Shown: in pieces, positions 42,790 to 56,146 of the stretch
Layout of the letters: each line of letters starts with the position of its first letter
Numbering within the stretch: the first letter of the stretch is position 1
Assembly (NCBI GenBank): GCA_964016885.1
Contig: OZ024742.1
Span: 145,824,001 to 145,888,000, forward strand
DNA length: 64,000 nt
Source: Eledone cirrhosa
Lineage: Eukaryota
Direction of reading: 5' to 3'
The notes under the pieces: model-generated
The model's input: the letters and a program-made list of their open reading frames with translations, nothing else
Databases searched by the model: none
What the model was told of the DNA's origin: nothing
Program-made: the position numbers and the translations under genes

Positions 42790-43075
42790 GCACATGTGAA
42801 GGTGGATCTTCTGTATTACTGCATAATACTAAAGATCTCGATCCTGTGTCATTGTCTTTGAGAGGTGCAATTGTGTAAGATCAGCTTTTATCACCTCATC
42901 CTGAGTCTTTTTATGCCTACCCATTCCATAGCTTCCATCAATTTTGAGTGCCCTGCACCTTTTTATACAGCTGTCAGCCTTCATATGCATCATATGGCCA
43001 TACAAATGCAATTTCCTGTCTTACATACTACATCTGATCCCTCTTATGCCCAATTTCTCTCTCACTTCATTTACT
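42790..43075 (-). mobile_element. Older RTE LINE 3' fragment
   Basis: LYGHMMHM..CIKRCRALKIDGSYGMGRHKKTQDEVIKADL. Confidence 0.7.
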
Positions 43076-43428
43076 CTTTGCCATTCATATATATTACTAT
43101 TACATATCCATCGGAGCAATGAAAAGAAAAATAACAGGTTTGGGAGAGAAACCAGTAAAACAGTTGTGGCTCAGGCTGAATATTTAACCCATTTGTCACC
43201 AAACTGCCTGAAACTAACTCTGGTTCTATGACAGAAAACTGCTTGTGTTAAAGTGCTTATCATCATCATCATCATCATCATCATCAACATTTAACATTTA
43301 ACACTTGGTTAGATGTGTTGTCACATTATAAGACAATTCAGATCAAGGGACCATGTTTTAGTCTCAAAAACCATTCTATCATAATTATATGTAAGAACCT
43401 TTGTTAAGGTATTTTCCAAACACTAGCT

Positions 43429-44095
43429 TAATAATTGTTTCTACTTTTGGCACAAGGCCAGCAATTATGCCAGTGTATTACTGGTACTTTATTTTATCGA
43501 CCCCGTAAGGATGAAAGGCAAAGTTAACCTCGGCGGGATATGAACTCAGACCATAAGGGGCTGTAACTCTTTGCTGCAAAGCATGGCGTCCAACCCTCTA
43601 CCAATACTGCCAATCCACCGCCCTACCGATACTGCCAAAACACCAGCTTAATAATGATTTCTAATTAAGGCAAAAGGCCAGCAAATTGAAGGGAAGGGGA
43701 AAGTTGATTAAATCGACCCCAGTGCATTACTGGCGCCTTATTTTACTGCCCTGTAAGGAGGAAAGGCAAAGCTAACCATGCTGAGATTTGAACTCGGACT
43801 GTAAAGGACCGTAACTCTATGCTGCAAGGCATGCTGTCTGACGTTCTACCGATACTGCCAATCCACCGTACCACACCAGCTTAATAATGATTTATAATTT
43901 AGGCACAAGGCCAGCAAATTTTGGGAAAGGGCAAAATTGATTAAATCAACCCTAGTACTTGACTGGTACATCCTGGAAGGAGGAAAGTTAAAGTTGACCT
44001 AGAAGGAATTTGAACTCAGAATATAAAGATCCATCACTAAATACAGCAAAGCATTTTGTCCAATGCTCTGCTGATTTTGTCAACCCACAGTGCCT
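43429..44095 (-). mobile_element. Three stacked SINE family A-related copies
   Basis: Three reverse-complement copies separated by a recurring ACACYAGCTTAATAAT. Confidence 0.8.
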
Positions 44096-44419
44096 CCACT
44101 TGGTGACAGGTCTGCCCTGGACTAGTACTTTACTTTATCAGCTCCAAAAGGACAAAAGGCAAAGTTGGTCTCAGGACACAAATCACCAAAACAAATTCTA
44201 GCAGGTATCTCATACAATACTTGAGATTTCTCCTGCAGGACATAGCTGAGAAACACCGAGGGTAGAGTCTGTCACTCCCTCCACCTTTTCCCTTCCTTTC
44301 ATTACTTAATTTCTTATTTTATTCTATTTCTTTTCCCTTTCTTCTATCTTATTTCTTTACTTTTTCTTCTATTCTTCATTTCCTTATTTCTTCGCCATAA
44401 ATATTTCTGTAAATAAAAT

Positions 44420-44765
44420 GGAGGCACATGGCTTAGTGGTTAGAGCATTGGCCTTGCAATCGAAAGGTTGTGAGTTCAATTCTCAGACCGGGTGATGTGT
44501 TGTTTCCTTGAGCAAGACACTTTATTTCACATTGCTCCAGTTTACTCAGCTGTAGAAATGAGATGATAGGGACTGGGGTCCCTATCATTCCACTGCAAAG
44601 TGGTCGTGGAGGTGCCACAGCAAAAAAGCACCCAGCACTCACTGTAAATGAGGTTGGTGTTAGGAAGGGCATCCAGCTGTAGAAATCAAGCCAGAATCAG
44701 TTCCTGTCCCACCCTTGCAAGCAGGGAAAAGTGGACGTAAAATGAAATGATGATGATGATGATGA
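44420..44765 (+). mobile_element. tRNA-derived SINE, family B, with an RTE-derived 3' tail
   Basis: A box TGGCTTAGTGG, B box GAGTTCAATTC, ccttgagcaagacac body; 3' end cccacccttgcaagcagggaaaag..gacgtaaaatga matches the RTE end at 42400-42447. Confidence 0.85.
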
Positions 44766-45109
44766 AATAAAATAAAATTTAAAATCCTGCTGATCTGGTG
44801 TTGTAATATGGAAGGTGAACTGTTTTCACCAAAGAATCCAAGAGACAAGTTAATATAAACTGCCAAACCTTGTTCTACTGGTATTTCAGTAATTTGTGGT
44901 GCACTCACATTACTTTCTTACATACAACTACAACAACAAGAAGACATGGTGTCAGATTTAAGTGTTTGTGGGTAGGGGTAGGGGTGGGGGTGGGGGGTGG
45001 CATAGAGGAGAAACCAGAAATGAACGTGTTGACATTCATGCCTTGCTATAAATCATTAGTAGTGATGTCAATGATGAGAAGTAGCTTCATATGGGAATAG
45101 AAATCATGG

Positions 45110-45400
45110 GGCCACCGCCATCACCACCACCATTGACCCCCCCCCCCCCCTGTTGCAACAGCTATTACCACCACCTCACCATTACCACTGTTGCTGCCAC
45201 CGCCATCACCACCACCATTGACCCCCCTGTCGCAACAGCTATTACCACCACCTCACCATTACCACTGTTTTCTGCCACCACCATCACCGCCACCAACAAA
45301 ATCACTGCCACCACCGCCACCATCATCACCACCCCAACCGCTATCACCACCACCACCCCACCACTACCATTGCCGCTTCCACTACCACCACCACCACCAC
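45110..45400. repeat. (CCA)n-rich low-complexity tract with an internal duplication
   Basis: Seen directly; ccaccgccatcaccaccaccattgacccc occurs twice. Confidence 0.85.
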
Positions 45401-46036
45401 ACCTGTTTCTTGATTTAGTTCTTCCAGTTGGCATCATGGGAATAGATAGCTTTACAACATCTCATCCTCATCCCCCTCTTCAGCTCCTCCTCTTCCCTTC
45501 TCTCTCCTCCAGCTCCTCCTCTTCCCTTCTCTCCCCTCCCCCTCTCTCTCTCTCTCTTTGTAAGGTCACATGTTCCTCTCCCTTTGTACATTCACATGCT
45601 CCTCATTCTCATTTTACAAATTCACATGTTCTTCTCCCTTTCTCTCTCTCTCTCTAACTCCCCCTCTCTCTATCACTTTACCAAGTCCCATGTTGTTCCT
45701 CTCCCACTTTTCCAAATCCTTCTTTGTCTACCATCTGTCCTTCATTTCTTTCCCCCTCCACCCAATATTTTTTTCAGCCTTCAAAGCATTAGTTCCATTC
45801 TCACCACATGCTTTCTACATGTAACATTTAATGATTCCAACACATGGTAAACGCTCGGATTTCACTGAGATTCACCGCTTTCTTTTCTTTCTTCCCTTCT
45901 TTTATTATTTCTTTCTTTCTTTTTTCTTACCATTTTCAAGTTCATTTGGTTCATTCACCAAATCTGCCATACCTACCTAGCTGCTAACTATTTACTTTTG
46001 CTATTTAACTCTTTCCTTACAATATTTCTAAAAGAG

Positions 46037-46245
46037 TGGTGGATTGCAGTATCGGTAGAGGGTCAGATCCATGGTTTGCAGCATAGAATTATTGCACTTT
46101 ACGGTCTGAGTTCAAATCCCGCCGAGGTTAACTTTGCCTTTCAATCTTACAGGGTCGATAAAATAAAGTACCAGTAATACACTAGGAAAACACTAGTAAT
46201 ACACTAGGAAAATTGCTGACCTTGTGTGAAAAGTAGAAATAATAT
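46037..46245 (+). mobile_element. SINE family A
   Basis: Matches 8600-8797. Confidence 0.8.
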
Positions 46246-46279
46246 TTCTAAAATAATAATGGAAAGTTTTAGATAAATA

Positions 46280-47328
46280 CTAGCAGATGTACCCGGCGTT
46301 GCTCGGGAAATGAATGACAGCCTGTTTGTCCGTATAAAGAGAGCCAAAGGTTGAGCAAAGAATTGAAATGTAATTGTAAAAAAAAGTTTAACAAAATGGG
46401 TGTACAGTGACATGATTGAGTGAAATAAACGGCAACATAAAAACAATTGATGGGGTAGCTTGAGTTAATTGGCGTGAATGATTTCAGGTCCGGCCTTGCT
46501 GTAGTAGGTATGAGTAAGGGGATAAAGATGGAATAGACGCACCGTATGTCCTTCAGTAGACTAAACCCTATGCGTAAGATGGTGCTGCCACTATCACGTT
46601 GACCATCCACTGGACATAGAAATATCATTCCTTGAAGCAAATCGGCCTAGTACTTCAAAAGTTAAAAGGAGCCTAGTATTTGTACACAGACAGATACAAA
46701 CAAAAAATAGATTTTCGGCCCCGATATCGATTTTTTTCAAATTTGTTTTTGTCCAAAACCTACTCTGGCATATAAGCAACATGTGTGCCAAATTTGGTTG
46801 AAATCGGCCTTGTACTTCAAAAGTTAAAAAGAGCCTAGTATTTGTACACAGACAGACACACACACAGACACACACAGACCACCGGTGGGTGGTTTTCTGC
46901 TAGTATATATATATATTACACACACAGAAATGTATATATATTTCTGTGTGTATATATATATATTTCTGTGTGTGTATATATATATATATATATTACACAC
47001 ACACAGAAATGTATATATGTTTCTGTAGCACTCCTCAATTCCCCCCTCTCTCCCTCCCGCTATCCCCCTCTTGTAGTCTGTCTCTTTCTTTCACTCTCAC
47101 TCTCTCTCTACGCGTGCGCAAAAAACATTCGCACGCGCGCACGTGTTTTAGCGTCTATTCACTCTCTCTCTTCCTCTCTCCCTCCCGCTATCCCCCTCTC
47201 GTAGTCTGTCTCTTTCTTTCACTCTCACTCTCTCTCTATGTGTGCGCAAAAAACATTTGCACGCGCGCACATGTTTCCACTGTCGGACAGACAGACAGAG
47301 AAATTGCTGGTTATATATTATAAGGAGA
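46280..47328 (-). mobile_element. Non-autonomous Helitron
   Basis: A|TC at 47329/47328; hairpin cccgagcaacgccgggt plus CTAG|T at 46280; rejoined flanks (gataaata+taaa) match the paralogous empty site at 48011-48025. Confidence 0.88.
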
Positions 47329-47564
47329 TAAACACTTATTTGTTACCATATTTGGAAAGATTGAGTAATAGAACTAACTTTCACATTATTAATTTGGTAT
47401 CTGAACCACAAGTTAACAATGGCTCTTACATAAAATTATGATGGAAAGTTTTTAAATAAATATAAAGTTTTTAACCCATTTGGTATCACATTTCTAAAGA
47501 AAGACCCTGTCTGATTTTCAAATCATTTTGGAAAGATTTAGTAATATAACTTTCTCATTTATTT

Positions 47565-47948
47565 GGTAAAGCTTAGGACACCATGCTTTGCAGCATAGAG
47601 TTACAGCCATTTAGGTTCCGATTTCAAATCCCGCTAAGGTTAGCATTGCCTTTCATCCTTATAAGGTTAATTAAATAAATACTAGTAATGGACTGGGGTC
47701 GATTTAATTGACTTTCCCTTCTTCAAAATTGTTAGCCTTGTGCCTAAATCAGAAACCAGGGGATTGGCAGTATCAGTAGAAGATCGGACGCCATGCTTTG
47801 CAGCATAGACTTACGCCCCTTTATAGTCTGAGTTCAAATCTTGTCGAGGTTCACTTTGCCTTTCATCCTTACGAGGTCGATAAAATAAAGTACCAGTAAT
47901 GTACTGAGATAATTGCTGGCCTTGTGCCAAAAGTAGAAACAATTATTT
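47565..47948 (+). mobile_element. Two tandem SINE family A-related copies
   Basis: Repeated ccatgctttgcagcatagag..gcctttcatcc bodies. Confidence 0.75.
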
Positions 47949-49705
47949 ATTTGGTATTTAGAACATAATTTAACAACGTTTTTTTATCTAAAATTATAAT
48001 GGAAGGTTTTTAGATAAATATAAAGACTTTCAAATGACAGATGTGTCATAGAATCATAGGTGATGGTCTCAAATGGGTTGGTAGCAAACAGTTATGGTGA
48101 TGTTTGAAACACTATGTAATAGAGGTTCTTACATAAAATTATAATGGACATTTTTTTCAATGAACAGTTAAGAGATCTCCAATACTACAAACAAAGATAT
48201 TGAGAGATCTCAGCTCCAGTACTACAGACACGTCATTAGAATATCTAAGGAAAGAATTTATCAGATTCCTGATAATTTCATACAAATGAAACAGTTCTAG
48301 TCCCGTGAAAGTAATTTCTCTCTCTCTCCCTCTCTCTCTCTCTCTTGTAGGTGTCATGACAAAAAGCACCCACCACACACTGTAAATGTCCTGCCGTTAG
48401 GAAGGGCATCCATCCATAGAAAGCTAGCCATAAACAGCTCTATGTGAGCAAGGCATAATCTCCTGATCCAACTTGCCTCTAATGAGACAACCCATCTAAC
48501 CCATGCTAGCATGGAAAATGATGATGATGATATATTACTGGTATTTTTAAAATCTAATTCAAAAAACAGAAAAGCAAAATCCAAGGGAAAGAAACTCAAT
48601 TTACTTTTGTGTTTCTTCTTTAAGTAGATTTTACTTTTGTTTCTCTATTAACTATTGTTTAGTCCCAGGTTGCCTGACTGCCAAATGAAATGGTACAAGG
48701 CACACATTGTACAAGCATTACCAAATGAAAAACAATACAAAAAATTCAACAATGAACAACAACACAAAAACAATAATTTTAAAATGCACTCCAAGCTATC
48801 ATCTGACATATCAAACTAGCTGACCTCAGTAGAGAAGGCAGAGGAGTGCCTCAGGCAGTGGGGAACAGAACTGCTGATCTAGCACTCAGTATCCTCTTTA
48901 TTCTTGTTTCATCCTGCTTGCACGAGGAAGTGGATCTTATTAGTCAAATCTATCCTGTGTCATCTTTAACAATAATAACATAGAATTACACAACAACAAA
49001 TACAATAATTCTTAAAGTTATCATCTTACATAACAAACAAGCTGACATTAGCACAGTATCATAAAGGGAAAGTCTTCTGTGTCTTCCAAAACAAACAACT
49101 ACCAGCTACAGTTTGATGAAGTGAAAGTACATTATATTAAAGGATTGACAAATAAATATGTATAGGGAGGTGGTTTTATGACAGCTCTTTTGTCAGTAGA
49201 AATAATTGACACATTATAATGTCTGTAATTATATTGTTTATTCAGGATGCAGAGAGATGAAACAAATACAGACAATCTAATGACTATACCAATTGGCTTC
49301 ATTTTGATTCTTGCCAAGATCAACAGCCTTTCATCCTTTTAGGGTTGATAAATAAAATTACCAGTTTAGAAGTGATGGATTGGTGGAATTGTTAAAGAGT
49401 TTGGTGTGATAATTTGTGGTATCTGATCTGACTCTGTGCGTTCTGAGTTCAAATTCTTTCTCCATCTTCCAGGAGTTGTGACATGCTGATAGTATCAGCA
49501 ATAGAAAGACCAATGGAAGCAAAGTTTTCTTGCCCTGATCTAGCGATCAACTTCTTTCTTTTTTTTTTATATAGTTCACACAGACACAAGTCTTACTCTT
49601 CCTATTGTTAATAAGAGATAATGGGTAATTGCTGGCCTTGTGCCAAAAGTAGAAACAATTATTATTCTCTAGTGTCAGTAAATAATTGTTTCTACATTTG
49701 GCACA

Positions 49706-49890
49706 ATAATAATTGTTTCTACTTTTGGCACAAGGCCAGCAATTATTTCAGTTTATAACTGGTACTTTATTTTATCGCCCCTGTAAGGATGAAAAGCAAA
49801 GTTAACCTCGGCGGGATTTGAACTCAGAATGGCATGGGCCGTAACTCTATGCGTCAAAGCATGGCGTCCGACCTTCTACCGATAATGCCA
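49706..49890 (-). mobile_element. SINE family A, with adjacent inverted tail fragments at 49622-49705
   Basis: Reverse complement of the consensus. Confidence 0.8.
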
Positions 49891-49993
49891 ATAATAATAA
49901 TAAGAGATAGATAATCTTATATTATTATTGTCTGGTTTACAGAGACACAAGGCTCAGTTTTCTTATAATTAGATATTGGAAGAGAAATATATA

Positions 49994-50163
49994 CAATGAA
50001 ATTTCATTATAATGAAATCCATGAGGTATAAATAAAAAAACTGTTGTAATGAAAAATTCTTTATAACGAGATTGACTGAAAAAAATTGACCGTTTGTTAT
50101 TACCTCAGGAATTAAACAAAATTTTGTTATACTGAAATATTCATTATAATGGAATTTTACCTG
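49994..50163. mobile_element. Tc1/mariner (pogo/Tigger-like) MITE
   Basis: TA|CAATGAAATTTCATTATAATG..CATTATAATGGAATTTTACCTG|TA degenerate inverted repeats with TA flanks. Confidence 0.6.
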
Positions 50164-50993
50164 TAATATCTCAATTACAAAGTTTATTATTTAAACTTTT
50201 ATGTCATTTCATTCATTTAAGTAAGCAGATGTTTGTTGGAGTAACATGTGCTCTATAAAGCCAAAATATCAATGTCATTTGTAAGTCTAAATAAATGTAT
50301 CTGTTTTATGACTAGGCACTTTTATTTTTATTGTTTAGTGACCATGAACATTTTTCAAGGCTTCCATGACTGGTAGGAGAGGAGGGATCGATGTAAATAA
50401 TGAACTATTTCAGAGTTACCACAACAGGTTAAGAGAAACATTTAGAATCAAACAAATGTAAACTGAGTAGTGTAATATGATAATGTGATAAAAAACAAAT
50501 CCAAAAGCTTTTCCTTATATGTAAGGAAACAAAACAATATAAAGTCAAAGTTTGTATTTTTTTAAAATATAGTGAGGAAAAAGCAGTGCCCATTAACCCT
50601 TTCCAAGGCCTCTGAGATTGAAGAGACAGAGGGATTTGGGAAGGTCTCCTCAAGCCCAAGTCCTGATCTGAATGCTTGCAGCAGAGTGAACTCCACTAAA
50701 GTTACCCAAGAGTCAGGAAGTCGTGTTAAACTGAGCAATGGATTAAGTCTACCACCCAAGTAAGCTGCAGCAGGATTTGAAGTCAGAACACTGATGGCTG
50801 GAACATATACCACAAGACATCTTCTCTGATGTTCTAAATATTCTACTAATCAACTGCCCTGGACTTGACACTTTATTTTATAGACTCTGAAAGGACAAAA
50901 GGCAAAGTTGAATTCTGTTGGATTTAAACTCAAAGTGCAGAGAGCAAGTCTTATATTTTAACAATTTCGCCTATGCAAAAGAAGAGAAAATTA

Positions 50994-52225
50994 CACTGGT
51001 CAACAACCAAAATGCTTCTGAGACCAAAGTAGCAATTTCCAACTAACTTTAGGTCACTGATAATGAATATCATGGTTATAACTATTTGTTAGCTCTACTT
51101 TTCAATATACATGTATGTTTGTAGTGAGGTGACCTTTGCATCACAGAAGTGCCGTATAACTACTTTGGTTAAAAAGGCATATCACCTATATTTTGGATGC
51201 AAGATTGGCAACCAGAATAAGAAGTGGGCTCCTCATACTTGTGCTACTAACCTTTGCCAATGGTTTAACAGGAAGAGGTAAGAAATGCCTTTTGCTGTGC
51301 CAATGTTGTGGCGGGAGCAAACAGACCATACCAACAATTGTTATTTCTGCATGGTACTCCAGGGCTTATCAAAGAAGAAAAAGGTGTCCATTGAATATCC
51401 AAACATTCCATCAGCTATTCACCCAGATCCACATGGAGAAGGTCTACCTGTTCCTGATGCACCAACTTTGGTATCCTTTAAGTCAGATGAAGAATGTGAT
51501 GGAGAGGAAACAGAGAAGGATGACAGTGCTGGGTAACAGAGTGATCCAAATTTTGATGAAGGACACTCCTCTAGACCACATCTCATAACACAAGGGGAAC
51601 TCCATGACCTTGTCAGGAATATACAACTGCCTAAAGGCAGAGTTGCTAAGCTCTCATCTTCAACAGTGGAATCTCCTAATAGCTGATGTGAAGATTTCAA
51701 AATTTCATGACTGTCAGCAGCAGTTCAGCAATGTTTTGATAATGGAAGGTGATTTATTGGTCTGCAACAATATTAATGGTCTGATGGAAGCACTTGGTAT
51801 TGCATACGATTCCAGTCGCTGGAGGCTATTCATAGATTCATCAAAAGCTAGTCTGAAAGGTGTCTTGCTGCATAATGGCAATAGTGAACCATCAGTTCCT
51901 GTGGGCTATGCATCACATATGAAAGAAACTTATGAGAATATAAAGCATATGTTACAGTAAATAAAATATACTAAACATCAATGACAGCTCTGTGGTTACT
52001 TAAACGTTGTTGCTCTTGTGATGGGCTTGCAGGGTGGATACACCGAGTACTGCTGCTTTCTGTGAGAATGGGACAGCCACGCAAGAGGTTCCCACTATAT
52101 CAGGAGAGACTGGCTACCTCATCAATCATTGGAACCTGGAATGAAGAATGTTCAACAGCCACGTCTTACTGAACCAAACTAAATTTTGCTACTACCACTT
52201 CACATAAAAGTAGGGCTCATGAAAA
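50994..52225 (+). mobile_element. Chapaev3-like (CMC) DNA transposon remnant: 5' terminus plus pseudogenised transposase
   Basis: TTA|CACTGGTCAACAA terminus; KKAYHLYFGCKIG..WAPH, MPFAVPMLWREQTDH..CYFC, WRLFIDSSKASLKGVLLHNGN, YCCFL*EWDS, LPLHIKVGLMK; family name is from recalled motifs. Confidence 0.75.
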
Positions 52226-53935
52226 TACATAAAAATTAAATAATCTCATTTAAGAAGCACACCACTTTTCAAAAATTGTTGACTAATGTTATCTAAAATA
52301 ATTACTGATACTTAAAGCAACATGAGAGAGATAGAAAGTAAGGTTGACCATGGCAAGATTTAGGTATAGTTGACATTATGGTATTTGTGCATGTGCTAAA
52401 AATATTAGTAATGTGCATGTGCAAAGAAATTGTAACACAACTACAACTTTCCAACTGTAATCATCCTGTCTCATGACCTCTGTAACCCTAATTCCAAACC
52501 CAACCCAAGACCTAAAATCTAAATCCTATACCTAAACCCTAAACCAATAAAATATAACATAAATTTTACAAACTTTATTGAATAACACTTTCTGTATTTT
52601 ATGTACAAATATGAAATGTATTGAACCATCAAGTATATTTTAGCTAATTTGGTGATAAGCAGCTGAAGTATACAGTAAATTTATATATGTGTATATATGC
52701 AGTATAGAGGTAACTGAAACTGTGCAAATATGTATATATACACATTGCATAGGCAAAGGGCCCTGAACACCTGTTGGAATTGTAGGGGTATTGTCCTGAC
52801 ACAGTGTGTCTTGGGTATTTTAAACTTGGTGGAGCTGATCCTTCTCTGGGTCAGAATACAGCCAATTTCTTCCAGATACAGAATAAGGAAGAAACGACCC
52901 AAGTACTAGACTGGTACTTTGTTTATTGACCTCAAATGGATGAAAGGCAAAGTTGACCTTGGCGAGATTTGAACTCAGAGTGCAGTGAGCTAGAACAAAA
53001 TACCAGAGTTTACTGGTATTGTTTGACATTAATCCTGTGTCATCAAAGTCTCTAAACAATGATCATATGGTAGTCAAGGTGACAATATATGTATTACTTT
53101 GATCTCTGAGTTTATTAATATTGTCTGTCATTAACACTGTGTCATCAAATATTTAAACTTCTTTAAGAACATTTCAAAATATTTTTCTTATTTTTTTTTA
53201 TTTTTATAAAATAATATGAGACAACTATAATATAAAATGATTTGCAGCTCAAATATTTTCAGAGGCCCATGAGGGAATATTTTTTAGATTATCACCAATG
53301 AACACATTTTCAAAATATTTCACCAGCCATTTTGTCTATAAGCTTATTTTTGGCAGTTAGAGGAAGTTTACTTTCTCCCCCAGTACACATATATATATTA
53401 ATGCACTAAATACTAAATACAGCAGCAATTATTATTTTAATTCATGATAATTAGTGAGTGTAGTTTTATATTAGACAAGCTTCAGTTCCCATGGTAGACA
53501 TAAAGAACAACTAGTGCCTAATAAGGACATTTAAGCTTACACTGAATACTCCAACAGTTAATGAGATATAATTAACTTTCTCTCTACTGATAAAGATTTA
53601 TAAAATTGTAAAACCAGAACATACATACATGCAAATTTAAATTCTATATTCATGTCTGCATGTGTGCATGTGTGTGCAGGCATGGATGTTATTGTATGTA
53701 TGAGATCGTGTAGGTGTCACGTAAAAAAACACACAGTTCATGCTGTAATGTGGCCGTGTAGGCAACACGGTAAAAACCTCCCAGCCCCACACTGTAAATG
53801 TGGTTGGTGTTAGGAAGGGCATCCAGCTGTAGAAAACCCGCCAGATAGTCCTATGCGAGCAAGACAACCACTCTTGCTTCAAGTGGGAAAACCCTCCGTC
53901 CAAACCCATGCAAGCGTGGAACACGGACGTTAAAC

Positions 53936-53969
<34 letters not shown>

Positions 53970-53972
<3 letters not shown>

Positions 53973-54115
53973 TGTGTTTTGAATTGTATGTGTGCATGTG
54001 CATATGCATTGTATCTGTACTTGTGTTCATGCAGTTTTTACATGCAGAATTTTTGGAATGTTTTACATATTTTCATTGTTCCATTAATGGATTGTACTTG
54101 TCATTTCCTAACTAT
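53970..54115 (-). mobile_element. 3' fragment of the R4/Dong-like element also at 60.5-61.25 kb
   Basis: tttttggaatgttttaca..attaatggattgtacttgt..tttcctaacta shared with 60660-60728. Confidence 0.7.
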
Positions 54116-54487
54116 GAATGTATGTATGTATGTACGTATGTATAAGTAGGAAATTGGTTGAGTCATTAGAACATTGAATTGAATACTTAGTGATATTTGT
54201 TCTGATTCTGCAATCTGAGTTCAAATCCTGTCAAGGTCAACTTTGCTTTTTATCCATTTGAGGTTGATAAATAAAGTACCTGTCAAGTACTGGGATCGAT
54301 TCCTCCATCTCTTTCTAATTTCCTCTCTATAACCCTCTTCCTCTTCTTCTCTGGAATAAATTGGCTCTGTTCAGGCCTAAAGAGGGGATGAGCTCCACAA
54401 GGATTAAAAAGTATCCACGAAACGCTGTATGTAATTGCGGTGTCCCTATAACATCACTAGGAATTACAGGTACATGTATGTATGTAT

Positions 54488-54715
54488 GTCGGGTCACTCT
54501 TGAGTGCTACTGGTAACATGTAACCCAGTAGAACCTGTCGCAAGGTCGGATCGTTGGCGACTAAACTGGCAACCCCACCAAGTAAACTTGGTGGGGTTGC
54601 CAGTTTAGTCGCCAAGTAAACTTGGTGGGGAAGGTGATTTTGGAGACCCTGCTGGACAAAAAACAAAACCTGACAAAGGGCAGAAGAACTCATAAGAGTC
54701 AACAGTCACCCCAAA
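54488..54715 (+). mobile_element. 5' part of an RTE-derived non-autonomous element; further copy at about 54980-55170
   Basis: Homologous to 61290-61465; begins in (TATG)n. Confidence 0.7.
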
Positions 54716-55323
54716 ATGTGTAAATATGTATATATACATGTACATATGTATGTATATGTGTATATGTATATGCATGTGTGCATGTGTATGTATATGCAAG
54801 GGCACATAGAAATAGTTAAACCACTGGAATTGAAGGACCCCTAGCCTTTGTCAGGGCATTCTTCTAGGAGAAGGCAACTCATTATTATAATTATTAATAA
54901 TGGTATATCATGCAATGGCCATACTTAATAGCAAGGGGGCAGCCATCATGCATATATGCATATATGTATGTATGTTATATCAGATCACTCTCAAGCGTTA
55001 CTGGTAACATGTAACCCAGAACAACCTGTTGTATGGTTGGGTCTTCAGCGAATAAATTTGGCAACCCCACCAAGCTTGCTTGGTGAGGAAGTTGAATTTT
55101 AGACACCCTCTGGGATGAAAAACAAAACCTGTCAAATGGCAGAGGAACTCAGGAGAGTCAATGGCTACCTAATAAAGTATATACATATGTATATATTTTA
55201 AAATATAGACATAGAATATTCGAAAATATTCTGTATGTTTATAATAAACATTTTGAAGACCTAATCGCTATAGAATAGAATACGTCACGTATTACAATTA
55301 GATTCTCGATAAAAGCAAGGGAA

Positions 55324-55366
55324 GTAATCTACGCGTTTCATTCTCGTTAGAAATCATCAGGACTAC
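55324..55366 (-). ncRNA. Type I hammerhead ribozyme; second copy at 55634-55676, truncated copy at 55944-55980
   Basis: Reverse complement of gtagtc CTGATGA tttctaacgagaat GAAA cgcg TA gattac. Confidence 0.88.
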
Positions 55367-56103
55367 ATATCCAGTGCTTTTATCGAGAATGACACAGCTA
55401 GAGACTTATAGAATACTTAGCTGTGTACAGGAACTGGTTTGAAAGAGCGGTTGCCGGTCCGGCAGAAATTAGAAATTGGAATAAATGCTCTGAAATAGCG
55501 ATATATATGTGAATATAGACATAGAATATTCGAAAATATTCTGTATGTTTATAATAAACATTTTGAAGACCTAATCGCTATAGAATAGAATACGTCACGT
55601 ATTACAATTAGATTCTCGATAAAAGCAAGGGAAGTAATCTACGCGTTTCATTCTCGTTAGAAATCATCAGGACTACATATCCAGTGCTTTTATCGAGAAT
55701 GACACAGCTAGAGACTTATAGAATACTTAGCTGTGTACAGGAACTGGTTTGAAAGAGCGGTTGCCGGTCCGGCAGAAATTAGAAATTGGAATAAATGCTC
55801 TGAAATAGCGATATATATGTGAATATAGACATAGAATATTCGAAAATATTCTGTATGTTTATAATAAACATTTTGAAGACCTAATCGCTATAGAATAGAA
55901 TACGTCACGTATTACAATTAGATTCTCGATAAAAGCAAGGGAAGTAATCTACGCGTTTCATTCTCGTTAGAAATCATCAGAGCATTTATTCCAATTTCTA
56001 ATTTCTGCCGGACCGGCAACCGCTCTTTCAAACCAGTTCCTGTACACAGCTAAGTATTCTATAAGTCTCTAGCTGTGTCATTCTCGATAAAAGCACTGGA
56101 TAT

Positions 56104-56146
56104 GTAGTCCTGATGATTTCTAACGAGAATGAAACGCGTAGATTAC
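56104..56146 (+). ncRNA. Type I hammerhead ribozyme; identical copies start at 56414, 56724 and 57034
   Basis: Stem I GUAGUC/GAUUAC, CUGAUGA, stem II UUCU-AACG-AGAA, GAAA, palindromic stem III ACGCGU, GUA cleavage triplet. Confidence 0.9.

Noticed and set aside
44420-44495. tRNA gene
   Set aside because: A and B boxes are present but no full cloverleaf is evident, and it continues into a SINE body and tail
45091-45850. Pro/Thr-rich mucin-like ORFs
   Set aside because: (CCA)n and (CT)n low-complexity DNA with no splice or domain support
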